DNA of 64,000 nt from Octopus vulgaris. Its lineage: Eukaryota. The notes below the pieces were generated by a model, which saw nothing but the letters and a program-made list of their open reading frames with translations, did no database searches and had not been told where the DNA came from. The number at the start of each line of letters is the position of its first letter. Within the stretch, counting starts at the first letter, position 1. Of the stretch, positions 50,721 through 64,000 are shown one piece after another. Where the stretch lies: positions 65,906,001-65,970,000 of the forward strand of contig OX597832.1 in the NCBI GenBank assembly GCA_951406725.2, given 5' to 3'. The position numbers were made by a program, and so were the translations under genes.

Positions 50721-52854
50721 ATTTCTTGTAACGCGTCTTTCATCTTTCGAAATATCTTATTGAAATATCAGAAAATTGCATCATGATTATCTGCCAATAA
50801 ATTGTGTTGTTGAGGATTATGTGTATGATTAAAAGGTTCTACCTTAAATGGATTAGTGAAGCGTATCTATTTAATCGATCACTTCATAATGGTTACGGTT
50901 ATCAAACCGTGTAAGTAGGACTTAATATGATAATCGTATATTCTGAGACATTAGGTGATACATCAAATAACAATGAATCTGGGGATAAGCTGTCACACGT
51001 TAGCAAACAATTCCCCATATATTTATTTATATAAATATACATTTGTGTATATTTAGGTATGTATATATATATATATATGAATGTTTGTATGTAGTTATGT
51101 ATGTATTAATTTGCCTATCTATATCACTATATATATGCAAACGTAAATATTTATATATATTTATATTACTAATCATATTACAAATGTATGTTAAATATAC
51201 ATACATACATATATATATAAATATATGTGTGTGTGTGTGTATATATATGTTTGTATGTATATATATATGCATATATATATACATATATATATATATACAT
51301 ATATGTATATATATATGTATATATATATATACATACATACATACATGTAATATATATATATATATATATGCGTGTGTGTGTGTGTGTATACTCACACCTA
51401 TATGTATATATGTTTGTGTACATAATATATAATAAATATATATGTATGAATGTACATTGAAATATGCATGCATATACATCTACCTATATTTGGTTACAAA
51501 CACGTGCAGATATCTGTACATACATACATACATACATACATACATACATACATACATACATACATACATACATACATACATACATACATACATACATAAA
51601 CAAGTGTAGAATTATATACAATGTTTAGTCAGTTATGAGAAAATTTACACCAAGAAACGAATTATGTTTTATGACTAATATTACTTAAAGTGTAAAGAAT
51701 GAGATGCATATGTCAAAATACAATCGGAATAAATGACCACACTGGTGCAATGACTAAGCGGAGTAAATCTGCTTCTCCAAAAATCCTGTTGGTATACACC
51801 ATGAAGGTACTCTTTATTTTTTCTTTAAAAGGTATTCTGTATTTATCAGCCTATTTGGAATACAGTATAAGTATTATCTACTTTAATTTATTCAAGGTAT
51901 AAATATGAATATTGTATAATAATATATAGTAAAAGAGAAATTAACTACTAGAAGTGTCTACCTTAATGATATTTTTTCTTGTAGAAGTGACGTTTATTTA
52001 TTGAAGAGTATTGATAGTTATTCCTGTCTACAAGTCACCTCTTTTCACACCACTGATGTTGGTCTAAAGGATAATCGTTGGTGCTTGCTACTCTGCACAG
52101 TTATTCACACGCAAAAGCGAGATTATTTATTGTGGAAAACCTGCAGTTGCCCATGATTTCCATCGTTCTCTCTTTACGCCTCTTATATTTATCCAGCCAG
52201 AAACCGCCATTTGCAACGATACAGTTTCACATACATGTCAATCGTAGAGAAGTTGTAAGGAAAGCAAAGAATTTAATTATCTGCCAAAGGGAATCTTGGC
52301 TAAGTCTCGAAATCTTCATCCAATGTTGCACCTTGAATAAGCGATATTTATATCGGTAAAAGCCAAAGATTGCCGGTGCAGAATTTGAACTCAGGAAGCA
52401 GAGTGTTGATTAAGGAGCTTTATAATTGTAAATAAAGCTGAAACAAAATTGATATACGAATATTTAAGTGATGGCATCTCATTTGGCCTAGTCTGAGCCA
52501 TTTTGAAAAGAGGAGGAGGAGTTAAACGGGAGCAAGCATTTCACTGTTACCTCATTTTATCGACCTTGCAGTGAGGGGTGGGTTATATTCTAAACAGACC
52601 TCAGTACAATTTGAAATCAGAACGTTACAGAGTGAAACAAATACCGCATATAATTGCACGTACCTTTAAATTATTCTCTCTGCTCTCCCGTTCTGCGGAC
52701 TTAAAACAACCTTTCTGATTTTTGCGAGCTCCACCATGGCAGTATTTGAACTAAGAACGCAACAAATCAGAAAAAATACCGCAATGCATTGTGTCGACCA
52801 GGTAAGAATATTGATATAAGACTTGAAATATCTGGGTGGGGTGTCAAATATATC

Positions 52855-53030
52855 GCCCCCACCCGTATCTGATTGATGCTTATTTCATTGACCACAGCTT
52901 CTTTTGATCGACCTCGAAAAACTGAAATGCGATGTGGACCACGGCGGAATTTGAACTCACGACATATAAAAACAGATGATTTACCGCTAAGCATTTCGTC
53001 TGGCGCACTAACAATTCTGCCAGCTAACCA
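52855..53030 (-). mobile_element. Degenerate SINE family A
   Basis: CGGCGGAATTTGAACTCA..CCGCTAAGCATTTCGTCTGGCGCACTAACAATTCTGCCAGCT. Confidence 0.75.
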
Positions 53031-54179
53031 CCTATTGAGTACTTCAGTAATGATATTTGTTGAACACCGTATATACTAAACTCAAAAACAATCATGCGAT
53101 GTATGAAGCCAACAACTCCATCTGTATACCGTTTTAGAAAACCTAATTGATAGGCAGATAAATTCAATTAGACATTTATACAGAAATTAAACTACGTTTA
53201 ATCGGGAAGATTATAAATATAATAATTATGATAATATTAAAATAGTTGCATTAAGTTCATATAGTTTCAAAAATATATTTTAGGTTGGAATAACAACCAG
53301 GTTTATAAATTTATTAGATGTTATAAACGTCACTGTATTATGGAGGCATTCAATTACGTGAGTACTTGTGTATATTCATGTACAAAATAATTACAAAGTT
53401 ATAGTTTTATGAGAGGTGTATATTTATTTTCAGCAACCGTAACTCTTACTTTAATATAAATATTATTAACTTGGCGAAGTAAACCAAACAATCTGTAAAA
53501 GTTTATAATTACTTCCAGCTATAACAAGACAAAATACCTTACGACGAATAAATTTACAGAAAAGAAAAGTAATGAAGGAAATTGTAAAACTAAATAAAAA
53601 AAAACGAAAGTAAAACTGTCCTTGTAGATTTATTCGGAATCATGAATTGTTTAATGAATCATCTTAAGTATGATATAGAATATTGAAGTAAAATATTAAT
53701 TTATAAATTATTCTTGGCTTGGTTTCGCGAGCGAAAATTTACGGAGGAGGAAGTCCACATCTCCCGCAGGCTTGCTGATGCGCGATGAGTTTAATTTGGC
53801 AGAGAAAGGTAACACCGAAGAGACAGCATGGTTAAGTGGGCTGTAGAGAGTTGTTCGTAGAGTTCCTCTCTATTTCTTGTATCGTTTGTCTACAAGGATG
53901 GTTCTACGTATCTTTACAAAGGAGACTGAGGACTTGGAGGTCTGCGGCAAAAAATAGACCACTGATGATGATGATGAATGTTGCAGGTGCCGAGGTATTT
54001 CTTTAGGGAGTATTTGACTCTGATCTTGGTGCTCCTCTATCACGGAGACCAGAGGTGAGTTCGCGAGAGTATAGTTTGCCAGGATAGAGTTCGCCAGAGA
54101 AGATTTCACTTGTAGAGAATTCTTTATTGATATACTTTTACGTGGTATTAAATTTGGTACAAATAGTTGTTTCTAATTT

Positions 54180-54450
54180 AGGTAGAAGGCCAGCAATTTT
54201 TAAAGGGCAGTTGATGGTCTATACTATTGAACTTAATATCTGACTCAATATTTTATTGACAGAGGGGAAATTAAAAACAAAACTTAACTTGGTGGAAGTC
54301 GAACTCAGAACGTAAAATACTACACAGGAAAGTTCACCCACAAGACAGTGTTGGGCCCAGGGCTACTGCAGATGACACTTGCAGTGGGAATGATCCCCAG
54401 AACCACGTGCTCGTTAAACATCTTTTTTAAACACTGATCAATGTCTATGC
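54180..54450 (-). mobile_element. Two adjacent degenerate SINE fragments (families A and C)
   Basis: GGTGGAAGTCGAACTCAGAACGTAAA (family A), then TTCACCCACAAGACAGTGTTGGGCCCAGGGCTA..GCAGTGGGAATGA (family C). Confidence 0.45.
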
Positions 54451-55385
54451 CTTAATTTTTCTCAAGTGGTTAGAAATTGTAAAAAATTACGCACGTCTGC
54501 GCATCGAATGCAGACACACATACACACACACAGCGTGCTAATTATTCGAAATAAAGCTTACGTTATTCTTCACAAGAAAATTGATTTCGACTCAGATTTC
54601 CTCCGTATCACGTGTGATCTACTGCAATGCCTTCTCGCTACACAACGTTCAGAAATGTATGTCAGTGCTCATTATAAATTCTGTGTTGTCAACTAAGTTT
54701 CAGTAGAGTATTGTATCATTAATTAACGGCAAGACCTAGAAAACAGAAAGTTTTTAAAAATTAAAATGTATGATTCTGAATCACACAGAGCTACTAAAGT
54801 AATTGTAATGTGTATTAAACTGTCAAAAGAGGAAAGTGTTGTTGCTCTTGTTTAACCCCAACTCAATTCACCACTCGTCTAAATCTATGATTATAAAGGA
54901 AGCCATAACTGAGTATGTCATTCTATTAAGCAGTACCCAGATTACATTTTTCTTTCTTCTTTTTTTAGATACTGTTGTTTGAATGAAGTTTAATTTCTAA
55001 TTCTAATAAGTCAAAAGGCCACATTGTAGATCTCAGGAGGATTGCTGCTAGATGTGCTTGAGAAAATCGCTTGATTATCGGATTTAGTTTTCTTGTTGCG
55101 TTATGCTGTCTCGCCTTAAGCATTCGGTGTTGAAATTCCTCAAACAACGACCAAGACTTTTATATTCCGAGAGAGCTGACCGGTTACGCCGCGTTGCGGT
55201 ATTTTCAGTTTGATAGTTAACAATTTATGACAATATTGTTATCAGGTTTCACTTAACTCTTACTACATTGTTCTTGCCGTTTCTGAAATTAAGACAAGGA
55301 AATGAATAATCGTTATTATCATGACCATAATTATCAATATTATCATCATCATTGTCACCCTTATTGCTAATATTATCTAAGTCAA

Positions 55386-55638
55386 GGCGGCGAGCTGGCA
55401 GAATCGTTAGCATGCCAGGCAAAATGCTTAGCGATATTTCGTCTGCCGCTATGTTCTGAGTTCAAATTCCGCCGAGGTCGACTTTATCTTTCATCCTTTC
55501 GGGGTCGATTAAATACGTACCAGTTACGCACTGGGGTCGATATAATCGACTTAATCCGTTTGTCTTTCCTTGTTTGTCCCCTCTGTGTTTAGATCCTTGT
55601 GGGTAGTAAAGAAATAGGTATTTCGTCTGCCGCTACTT
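55386..55638 (+). mobile_element. Well-preserved SINE family A
   Basis: GGCGGCGAGCTGGCAGAATCGTTAGC, B-box GAGTTCAAATTCC, core CTTTCATCCTTTCGGGGTCGAT and tail CCTTGTGGGTAGTAAAGAAATA. Confidence 0.9.
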
Positions 55639-55659
55639 TCCGCAAAAAAGAGTAAGTAA

Positions 55660-55970
55660 CCCTCTACGATCACGAATGACAATGGGAATGTACATAGAAA
55701 ATTACCATCTATGGCACAAGTCCGGGCACGGTTGTTTATGGAAAGCCATCAATCGCCACTTTCCAAGCCACCAATTTTATCCAAGGGAAAGGCAAAGGTC
55801 GATACAGCTAGGCCCTAGTGAAACGCACCTAATTTCTACAGGTGAGCGAACAGGCGGAACGTGAAATGAAATGTCTTGCTCATGAGCACAACACACAAGC
55901 TCATTAAGGAATCGAACGCTTATCTCATGATGTGAACCCGATCCTCTAAGCATTTGAGTCGTATACCTTC
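55660..55970 (-). mobile_element. Degenerate SINE with a family-B-like head and core
   Basis: Reverse complement contains TGTGTTGTGCTCATGAGCAAGACATTTCATTTCACGTT (compare 8745-8780). Confidence 0.55.
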
Positions 55971-56339
55971 ACATACTTACTTTAGAACTCTATCTGTATA
56001 TAGAGCAGAGGGAATTTGTTCTGCTGGAATTTCCCCAGACACGGTAAATGAAAAATATTCCAGTTTTGCCTTTGAACAATATTGCAAGATTTTGAAAAGG
56101 TGGAAAGTTTAATTCAGGAATTAGTTTACAACTATTTTCCTTTGTTGTTGTATTAGGTTGTTTGGTTCAATAAATTGAACTGTTATTGAGTTTCTTAAAG
56201 AATTTCGAAAATTAGGCAGAGATTTCCTCGTCTCTCAACGTAAAATCCTTTCAAAGCAGTATCGCCTCTTACGGGTAGTTGTGCTAATTCATGTATTATT
56301 TCTCTACGTAGCATCAGAGAATGCAATAGATCCATTTTA

Positions 56340-56620
56340 CAGTACCATTTTGTAAACGCACGATCCTATGATGAACAAATCCAGCGTTTATGTTGTTGGG
56401 GTGAAAACAGTTTTAATTGGTGATTTCTGGTATTTAAGCAGAAAGGAACACATATATACTCCTGGTTGCGTTTTCGCAACGCAAAACCTGCTCCTACTTC
56501 TTTGGACATGAACTTGCCAGGAAGCCTCTGTCTGATCATACGAAATGCTCTGTCACCCGTAGCTAACATTTGTATAATGTCCTTCTCTTCCGGATTGTGA
56601 AAGCTTATCATTTAATCTAA
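56340..56620 (-). mobile_element. Possible RTE APE remnant
   Basis: KEVGAGFALRK resembles the REAGVGFAIK motif of the 10135 ORF. Confidence 0.3.
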
Positions 56621-59154
56621 ATACAGTGAAATTTTAAGACTTCATTTTTTTTGGGATGGGGGGCATATATAGGTTATTTAATATTGCTAGCTTTGAAGAA
56701 TATTAGTATCATTTTCTGCTTCAGTGGGAAATGTCTTGCTTGAGTCAAGAAGGTTATAATTACGCCGACGACCAGGTTCTTATTGAGAAGACAACATGTA
56801 AAAGTAGATTAATTTCTTTATTCGTTTGTTGTTAGGTGCCTGCGGCATACTTAATAAATCTCCCCCTTACTAACGTGTTGTTGTACGCATAGCTCTGTTG
56901 AAAGTATTTTCTGTCTCGAGATAGGTAGAATCTCTCTCTCTTTTTTTCTTTTTTTTTGTATGATCATTCCCGGGTTTACTATTAATGTTGGGGTTTAGAC
57001 AATGTTTTTGCATAAGTCACAGAATTTAACACCACAAGCTGGTGCTTGCGAAAGGCATGCTGTTGCAAGCACTCAGACCAAATATCCATTCTGTGAGATT
57101 TTCTAATGCAGAAACACACGATTGGTATTTCTTCCTCCACTTAACATTATTGCTCTTTTGCAGCTCTTCCTTTGAGCTATAAACAGTAAAACATGCTCAC
57201 AGGAAAAATTTGACTGAAGGAAACACTATATAAAATTCAATCTCAATAATACCCCGATGTCCTAAAGTAGAACTTTGTTTTCTGTTGCCTGGTGATTGCT
57301 GCGCTTTTAAACTATTAGTTAGCGTCATTCTTCAGTTCTTTCTAGGTAATGGAATACACGAAGAGAGAGAGAGAATGATACTGAATGGAAGATTATAGAA
57401 AAGGTAGTAATTTAGGTGAAGTGTGAAGCTTGACCACACAAGAGAATGAATGAACTATTTTATTAATGACCTCTGTATAGTCAATAGGATAGTTGCTGAG
57501 TAGTGGATACGATTATCGGGAAAATAATAAAACGGTAGTATCGGATCACTGGTTGCAACTGTTATTGAAGCTTAGCTTTCGAATTAATCCTCTCTCACTA
57601 TCTGCGAAAAGCAATAATTGAGATATACAGGTCAACCCGTTAATCAGAACGAGGATGGAATAAATGGTGGTTCTTTGAATTGAGTTTAATAGATGCACAA
57701 CGATGGACATCTACAGGTTGACATGACCTTGTTACTCTGAATACAACGAATGTGTTTATTGATTTTCAAATGATATTCAGATTCTCGAGGTGATATAGAC
57801 ATATCTTCATGACCAGCATAAAGACTATCGTGTTAAATGAAGAGCTATAGAATAAGAAACTGCGATAACAAACGGGGTACTCATTAGGTATTATACTGCG
57901 TGACACACAATATGTAAAAGAAAAGCTCAAAAAGTCGGTTGGCATAGACTTAACACGTTTTACCGTAGCTACTCTCAAAATCTAACAGTATATAAGAATT
58001 TACATTTTAAAACTGATCCTTAATTTGAAGGATCTAAATCTTGTTTTTTCGTTCTTTCATTCGCATTAAAATTTTAAAATTCTACAAACTTAGAGAACTA
58101 AATCCATGAATTACTAACATCTTTTGCTTTACAATATACTAGACTCTTCACTGAAAGTTATAAGAGTATTAATATAAATGGAAAAGGATAACAAAACTTG
58201 ACTGCTGTGTCTCAGAGCAATTCGTGCCGTCAATTACGTGAAGCCAACGGCAAGCAGTTTCTGTTTATGACTCTCAACGTGGCAATTTCATATGCGTGCA
58301 TCGAAATGATAATGTCTCGAGGATTATCGCTAGAATTTTCGCATATATCCTTAAGGCGAACTGTGATTAACTTACAGCAATAAATATTTTTTCCTCATTT
58401 TTTTAAGGAAACAGAGAACCAATAACAACATACATTGTGAGAAATAATATGTTCTGTATTTCTCTGAAAAAAAAAATGAAGGTGTGTATGTGTGTGTGGG
58501 GAGGAGGTAATGTTTTCGAAAAAATAATATGTTTATGAAAGTTGGGATGCTTCTGTATTAGATTGGATGTACACTGTTTTCTTAAAAGTGATGAATGATA
58601 CGATTATGTTGTTTTTTGCTCTTCTGTCGCCAAATAATGGAGTCAAGTCAAAACTAAACTCCGGTTAGTAGTTCTATTTTATCGAAAAATATACATACAT
58701 ACACATAAAAACACACACACACACATATGTCTGTGTGTGTGTATATAGCTTATCTGTAAGTTAACAAGGCAACCATTGGTTTCATGTGCAGATATATTAA
58801 AATAACAGCTGTTCCAAATGATCATCCAACCAGATTATGTATGCATAGATATATATACACACGATATATATACACTTACACATACACAGACACACAGAGA
58901 GTGTTCATTGTTTGCTAGAAGTAAGTTACATGAGTAGTCAAGGAACAACCTGCAACAATCTTCGCAAGTAATAGCGAATAAGAACAGTTATATGCTCTTA
59001 TTTTGAGTTCCTTGTGCTGTTTTGCATCAAACCAACGTGTATGCACATATATGTACGTATATGTATATACTCCTACATACATACATGCATATATATATAT
59101 ATATATATATGAATGTGTGTGTACATAAGTTAGAGCAATCATGTATTTACATAT

Positions 59155-59295
59155 ATAAACGACGGGCTTCAACCAAATTCACTCACGAGGCTTTGGTCGG
59201 CCCTGAAGGAATTTTAGGAAATTTCTGACCCAAAGTGCCACGCTGTATGGTTGAACCCGAACTCATGTGACTGCAAAGCGAGCTGCTAACCAAAA
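59155..59295 (-). mobile_element. SINE family C, 5' part
   Basis: AAATTCACTCACGAGGCTTTGGTCGGCCC..GTGCCACGC..GAACCCGAAC..GCAAAGCGAGC is homologous to 1895-2010. Confidence 0.6.
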
Positions 59296-59499
59296 TATCT
59301 TTTTTTATTTTGCTTATTCTGAGAACAGTCTATTTAATATAGCCCTAAATGTTCCGTTATATCTTTAAAACGTTATTTTGTTTAGGTTTGCCTGTGTTAA
59401 TTACCTTAGAATTCGTCTTAAACGGTAAAATGTCATTATCGGTCTTTGTATTACTCTTCTAGTCTACTTTTAAATTAGGACAAAAGGAAATTGATTGGA

Positions 59500-60330
59500 T
59501 TTTTCCATGCATTTCTTTCCAATGTATATTTTACATATACATGCCATTTTTTGCATAGACGCCTCGTTACCAATTTATATCAATTGCCATCCAGAATTCC
59601 ATCGTTTTCTTGCGTTATATAATTTGGGGGATTACTCTTGTTAGATTCTCCGTCATACGAAATCTGCACCATTATGACCACCAGCATCCTCTAAGCACTT
59701 TAATTTCAGGAGAGAAACTGCGACATGCATTTTCTGCATCAGTCTCCTACCTGTGCCTAATGTATTGTCAAAAATGTCATGTCTGGTCAGAGCTATTTCC
59801 TGTGTAATAGAATTTGGACAGCAATCAATTCGTCAATGTCAAATGATATAGAAATGCCTCTAGAAATAGACTAACTGCTGTGATATAGAATTACGTAAGA
59901 GAGGAACTACTGTGGATACGAATTTCGCTTCATAACGTCATACTTACAAATTCTATATTTCCTGATTTAACAGTCAAGTCGACAGCCACATCTCATGGTT
60001 CATTTTTGGTGTTTCCACAGGGTGGAGGTTATGCTGGTAACAGAATGCAGTCCACTTGATGGAACAAAGATCATTATGTTGGTACTAAATCGGGCGATGA
60101 TTTCAATGTATTCTACGGCATATTCGATAAGGTATTTCTTGTATCATTCCAGGCCCATCACAAATCTTAGAACGACATGATAAACAAACACTACCTGTAA
60201 ACACATCGGTAGGATGTTAGTGAGCTGTAGCCATCATATATCACATGGATTAACACCACCGCCTTGTCATCGATTACCTGCACTAGAGGCAACTTTGAGA
60301 CTAGTATCTCAGTCACCGTCTGAATATAAC
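59500..60330 (-). mobile_element. Possible ancient LINE APE remnant
   Basis: Minus-strand R..QGGGV motif near 60260 and an SD(H/Q)-like motif near 59785; no ORF. Confidence 0.25.
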
Positions 60331-62177
60331 ATATTTCATTTTCCCCATTATACTCGATAACTGTAATTTATATAGGCATATCGACCTTCTTCCTATATTT
60401 AAGCCGGAACAATGAATCAACAATCAGATCAATATTATTTATCCTAAAATACTCGCTTTTATTAGGTGTTTTAGGCTTAACCAGGTGAGTCATATTCACA
60501 TAGTATATATATATATATATATATATATACCTTAAATATTTTAATAATTACCATTATGAGGTCAGTTGAATATTCACAATCTTTCATACTGATACTCTGA
60601 GGCTTTGCTGCTCTCACATTCGCTACGTCTCAATTAATCTGAAATGGCAGAGAATTATTTTCTTGTCTTTTATAGATTAAGATGATTGAATGTAAATTCT
60701 CCGTGTGAACGTGTAGAAAACTCGATTGTAACATACAAGTGCAGTATCTTAGAGAGAGAGGTTGGACAGAGCAAGAGGTGGGAAAAAGTGAGATAAGATA
60801 AAGAAGGAAAGACAACGGCACGAAAGAGGCAGAGAAACAGAAAGAGAAAACCCTGAACAAGTGCCTTAATATCACAAATGCAAAAGCCAACGACGCTGGA
60901 AAAACCTAAAGTAACTTTTTCTCTTGTTTAATTGTTTTTTGATTTAGATATTTGATGCAGGTTAAAGATTATCGTTTTTGCATGCTCTTCGTTGATCAAC
61001 AGATCAATTACGATGCTTGTTGTTCAGTTATTTATTTTCAAAGTGAAGTTCACTCAAAATATTGTAATTCCAGATAAAATATATTCCTCTAAATTGTCCA
61101 GAGAAAGTCATCTTACCGCAACAGTTGGTCTGCTGGAAATAACAACTAAACCTCTCGCAAATATCGACATTATGATCGTGAAATGAAGAAAATCGACATA
61201 TTGTCACGAAGTTTCATCACAAATCTAGTTGTGGTCTGCACGTGAAGAATACGGTTAATAAAAACATGAACGAGAATGAATACTTCAAGAAAAGTCACAC
61301 TATAAATCCATTGCGTTCTCTACAAACGTCTCAGGACGGCAGAGACTGTAGCTCAGCGAGGACATTGCATTGAAACACTGCTATTCGTGAAATGATTGTT
61401 CAATAATGTTAACTGTGTCAGTTTTGTCTTTCATTTATAGGAACCACTCAGAGAAACATGTACCACTTGCTGGGTGTCTTTCCTTTTGGTTCATAGAGTT
61501 CTGTTAGTTTTTTCCTTATTATTAAATTGGTTGATATTTCCAGCGACTTATGAACTTTATTGCTTATTTTCTTGTGGACGAATTTCATTTTGCAATCTGT
61601 AAATTTTTAATTTACAACAGCTCACGTTAATTTTAATTGCTTCCTAGCATTCATTTCTCCGTAGAGAATCTATCATTACCATCTCTAATGTACTGACGGC
61701 ATATTTTGCTTCTTATCACCCTCTTGAATCAATCGACGTTTCTTAGTAATTTACACTGGAAACGACGACGATGTATTCATTTCTCTACTCTTACAAACAA
61801 CAACAACAACATCAACAGCAGCAGCAGTCGAAGGAAAAGTAAAAAGTGCACCACTACTACCCTAGAAGAGTTACTAATTGCAAGAAAATTATCACATTAA
61901 ATTTCTTTGCATATTAGCCTGCAAATAAACAACAACAACAACAACTTCTTCTACGTCAATTATAAAGTGTTGTTTTTTTTTGTTATTCTTGTTGTTTGCA
62001 AATTGCTGGATTCATTTTCTCAGAAACTTGGTAATTATCTTCAAACATTGCTGAAACAATAAAACATTAAAAACAAAACTAACTATAAATATAACGATGC
62101 TGCTACTGCCTGTGCTGCTGCTGTTACTACTACTATTGCGAATACTACTAAAATAATGATAATAATAATAATAATAT

Positions 62178-62525
62178 GAGGACCCAGAAATTGAAGAAAC
62201 AAAAAATGTGACAACTCAAAGCGAGAAGTGTTCTGTGATTGTGGGTGCCCTAGGGATGTCAGAAACATCTAGATAAGAACCCAGGTGAACCATGTCTCAG
62301 AGAAATCCAAACGATTTTGATGACATGTACTTCCCACATCCTTAGAAAAACTCTATCGATTTAAATGTCTGTGTTGTATTACATGAAGATATTTCGCTAC
62401 TGTCCCTACTACTCCTCCTCCCCAATCTTTCGGCCATACTGCAACGTCTCTTATCCTTCACTCGCCCTAGGACGCCGGATATGTCTCAGCATGTGATTGT
62501 AACTAACACGCAGATTAAAAATAAA
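62178..62525 (+). mobile_element. R4/Dong-like LINE 3' end in (TAA)n
   Basis: VIVGALGM..PGEPCLREIQTILMTCTSHILRKTLSI*; (AAT)n upstream and (GAT)n/(AAT)n downstream. Confidence 0.8.
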
Positions 62526-62578
62526 ATGATGATGATGATGATGATGATGATGAAATGATGATGATGATGATAATAATG

Positions 62579-62622
<44 letters not shown>

Positions 62623-62960
62623 CTTTTCTTCTCTTGGCTCAAATCCTGAATTTTTTGGAGAGTGGGCCAGTCGATTAGATCGACCCCAGTACGCAACTGC
62701 TACTTAATTTATCGACCTCGAAATGATAAAAATAAAAGTCGAGCTCGGCGGAATTTGAACTCAGACGTAAAGACAGATGAAACACTACTAAGCATTTTGC
62801 CCTGCATGCTAACACAATAATCCCTCCTACTAAAGGCACAAGGCCTGAAATTTTGTGTGTGTGGACTAGTCGATTATATCTATCCGTGTTTCATTGTTAC
62901 TTGATTTATCAACCTGGCTAGGAAGAAAATTAAATTCGATCTCGGCGGAATTTGAACTCA
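62623..62960 (-). mobile_element. Two tandem SINE family A copies (62623-62813 and 62822-62960)
   Basis: Each contains CTCGGCGGAATTTGAACTCA and a tail homologous in reverse complement to 1300-1360. Confidence 0.8.
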
Positions 62961-64000
62961 ATCGTGCTAGCAATAATAATATTAATTTTCCCCAGAGTCA
63001 TTAGTAGTTCACCTCACAAACACGATTATGGAAATACAGCAGATAATCACGTGATTAATATATACCAATTATAGAAACACCCAGAAGCAGGATTGCAGTT
63101 AATACCAAAAAGTAGCCTCTTTCAGTTGTGGTGTCCAAAGTAAAGTCACACTGAAATTAAATCCATTCTCTCCGCGCAGCTGACAAACATTTATACTCAA
63201 GGAAATTTAGCAAAAGAGAGTGCATGCTCTTTACTTTCAACTTTCACTTCACTCAGAGCATGAGGAAATAATGTTAGGAAATCTTCGACTCAGAGGAAAT
63301 TTAACTACACGCTCCAACTCATTAAATCCCGTCCAGTCGCTTTTGTCACGAGCAAAAGTGGTCGACAAATTGATACTGACAATGAGCTCGAACAACATTT
63401 GGATCAACGCTGCGTGCACATCCGTACACAAGTACATTGAGACAAAGTGATTCCGCTGATTAACCAGACTGCTGAAACTGAGGGTATCATTTGACGCTTC
63501 ACAATGTGAGTTAGACGTAATCGCTTCTTCCGAGTGAAAATACACACATTAGCGAATCAGAATTAATACCGAATAACAATTTTTATATTCTACTTAACGT
63601 GGATGTGTCATTGTAACGACGAATACTGCGGTATTCGCCGTGAGAAATCCTCTCATAAACTGGTACTGTGCTAAAAGTACGTACGCGTATATACAAAAAC
63701 ATACTCAGCGCGCGCACACACACACACAATCACACACGCGTGCACACCTATATATATATGTAAGTATATATATATATACATATTCGTGAGTACGTGTACG
63801 AAACATTGAGGTAAAGGACAGAAACGTTAGAGATGGAGAAATGTTTGGGAGATATTAGGAACTGAAAATGCTTTTGAATGCTGCGTCTAGTGCAGGAAAA
63901 GTTATCGTTTAACACTTAAACCATTTAATGCACCACAGTCTGCTCAGATGGCGTTGAATTAGACTGATAGAATTTTTAAGAACTCGTTTGTCCTCCTTAC

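Noticed and set aside
53720-54120. GC-richer segment with a KYLG-like motif and ~20-bp repeats
   Set aside because: Possibly a LINE remnant, but there is no consistent frame or second motif.

Overview
Animal (eukaryotic) intergenic or intronic DNA: AT-rich, saturated with microsatellites ((TA)n, (CA)n, (TATG)n, (GATA)n, (ATT)n) and transposon debris. The SINE families and microsatellite load suggest an Octopus/cephalopod genome; this is inferred from pattern recognition, not a search. I found no supportable host protein-coding exon, and almost all ORF-track entries are translated microsatellites. The window contains: one near-full-length, frameshifted RTE-clade LINE (~9547-13460) and several older RTE remnants; five R4/Dong-like LINE 3' fragments, several embedded in (TAA)n tracts; Penelope-like (GIY-YIG) 3' fragments; three Tc1/mariner transposase remnants and a MITE; Helitron/HINE non-autonomous elements; and many tRNA-derived SINEs. 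The main points of interest are: (1) a high density of type-I hammerhead ribozyme motifs, several with unusually long stem II inserts, in Penelope-derived or solo elements next to (TA)n; (2) a conserved, possibly HDV-like nested-pseudoknot element at the extreme 5' end of two divergent RTE copies; (3) short perfect templated inverted copies next to microsatellites, including two 50-bp blocks bracketing the RTE; (4) a probable ~2.9-kb inversion that splits a second RTE. All structural calls were made by eye, and some duplications may be assembly artefacts.
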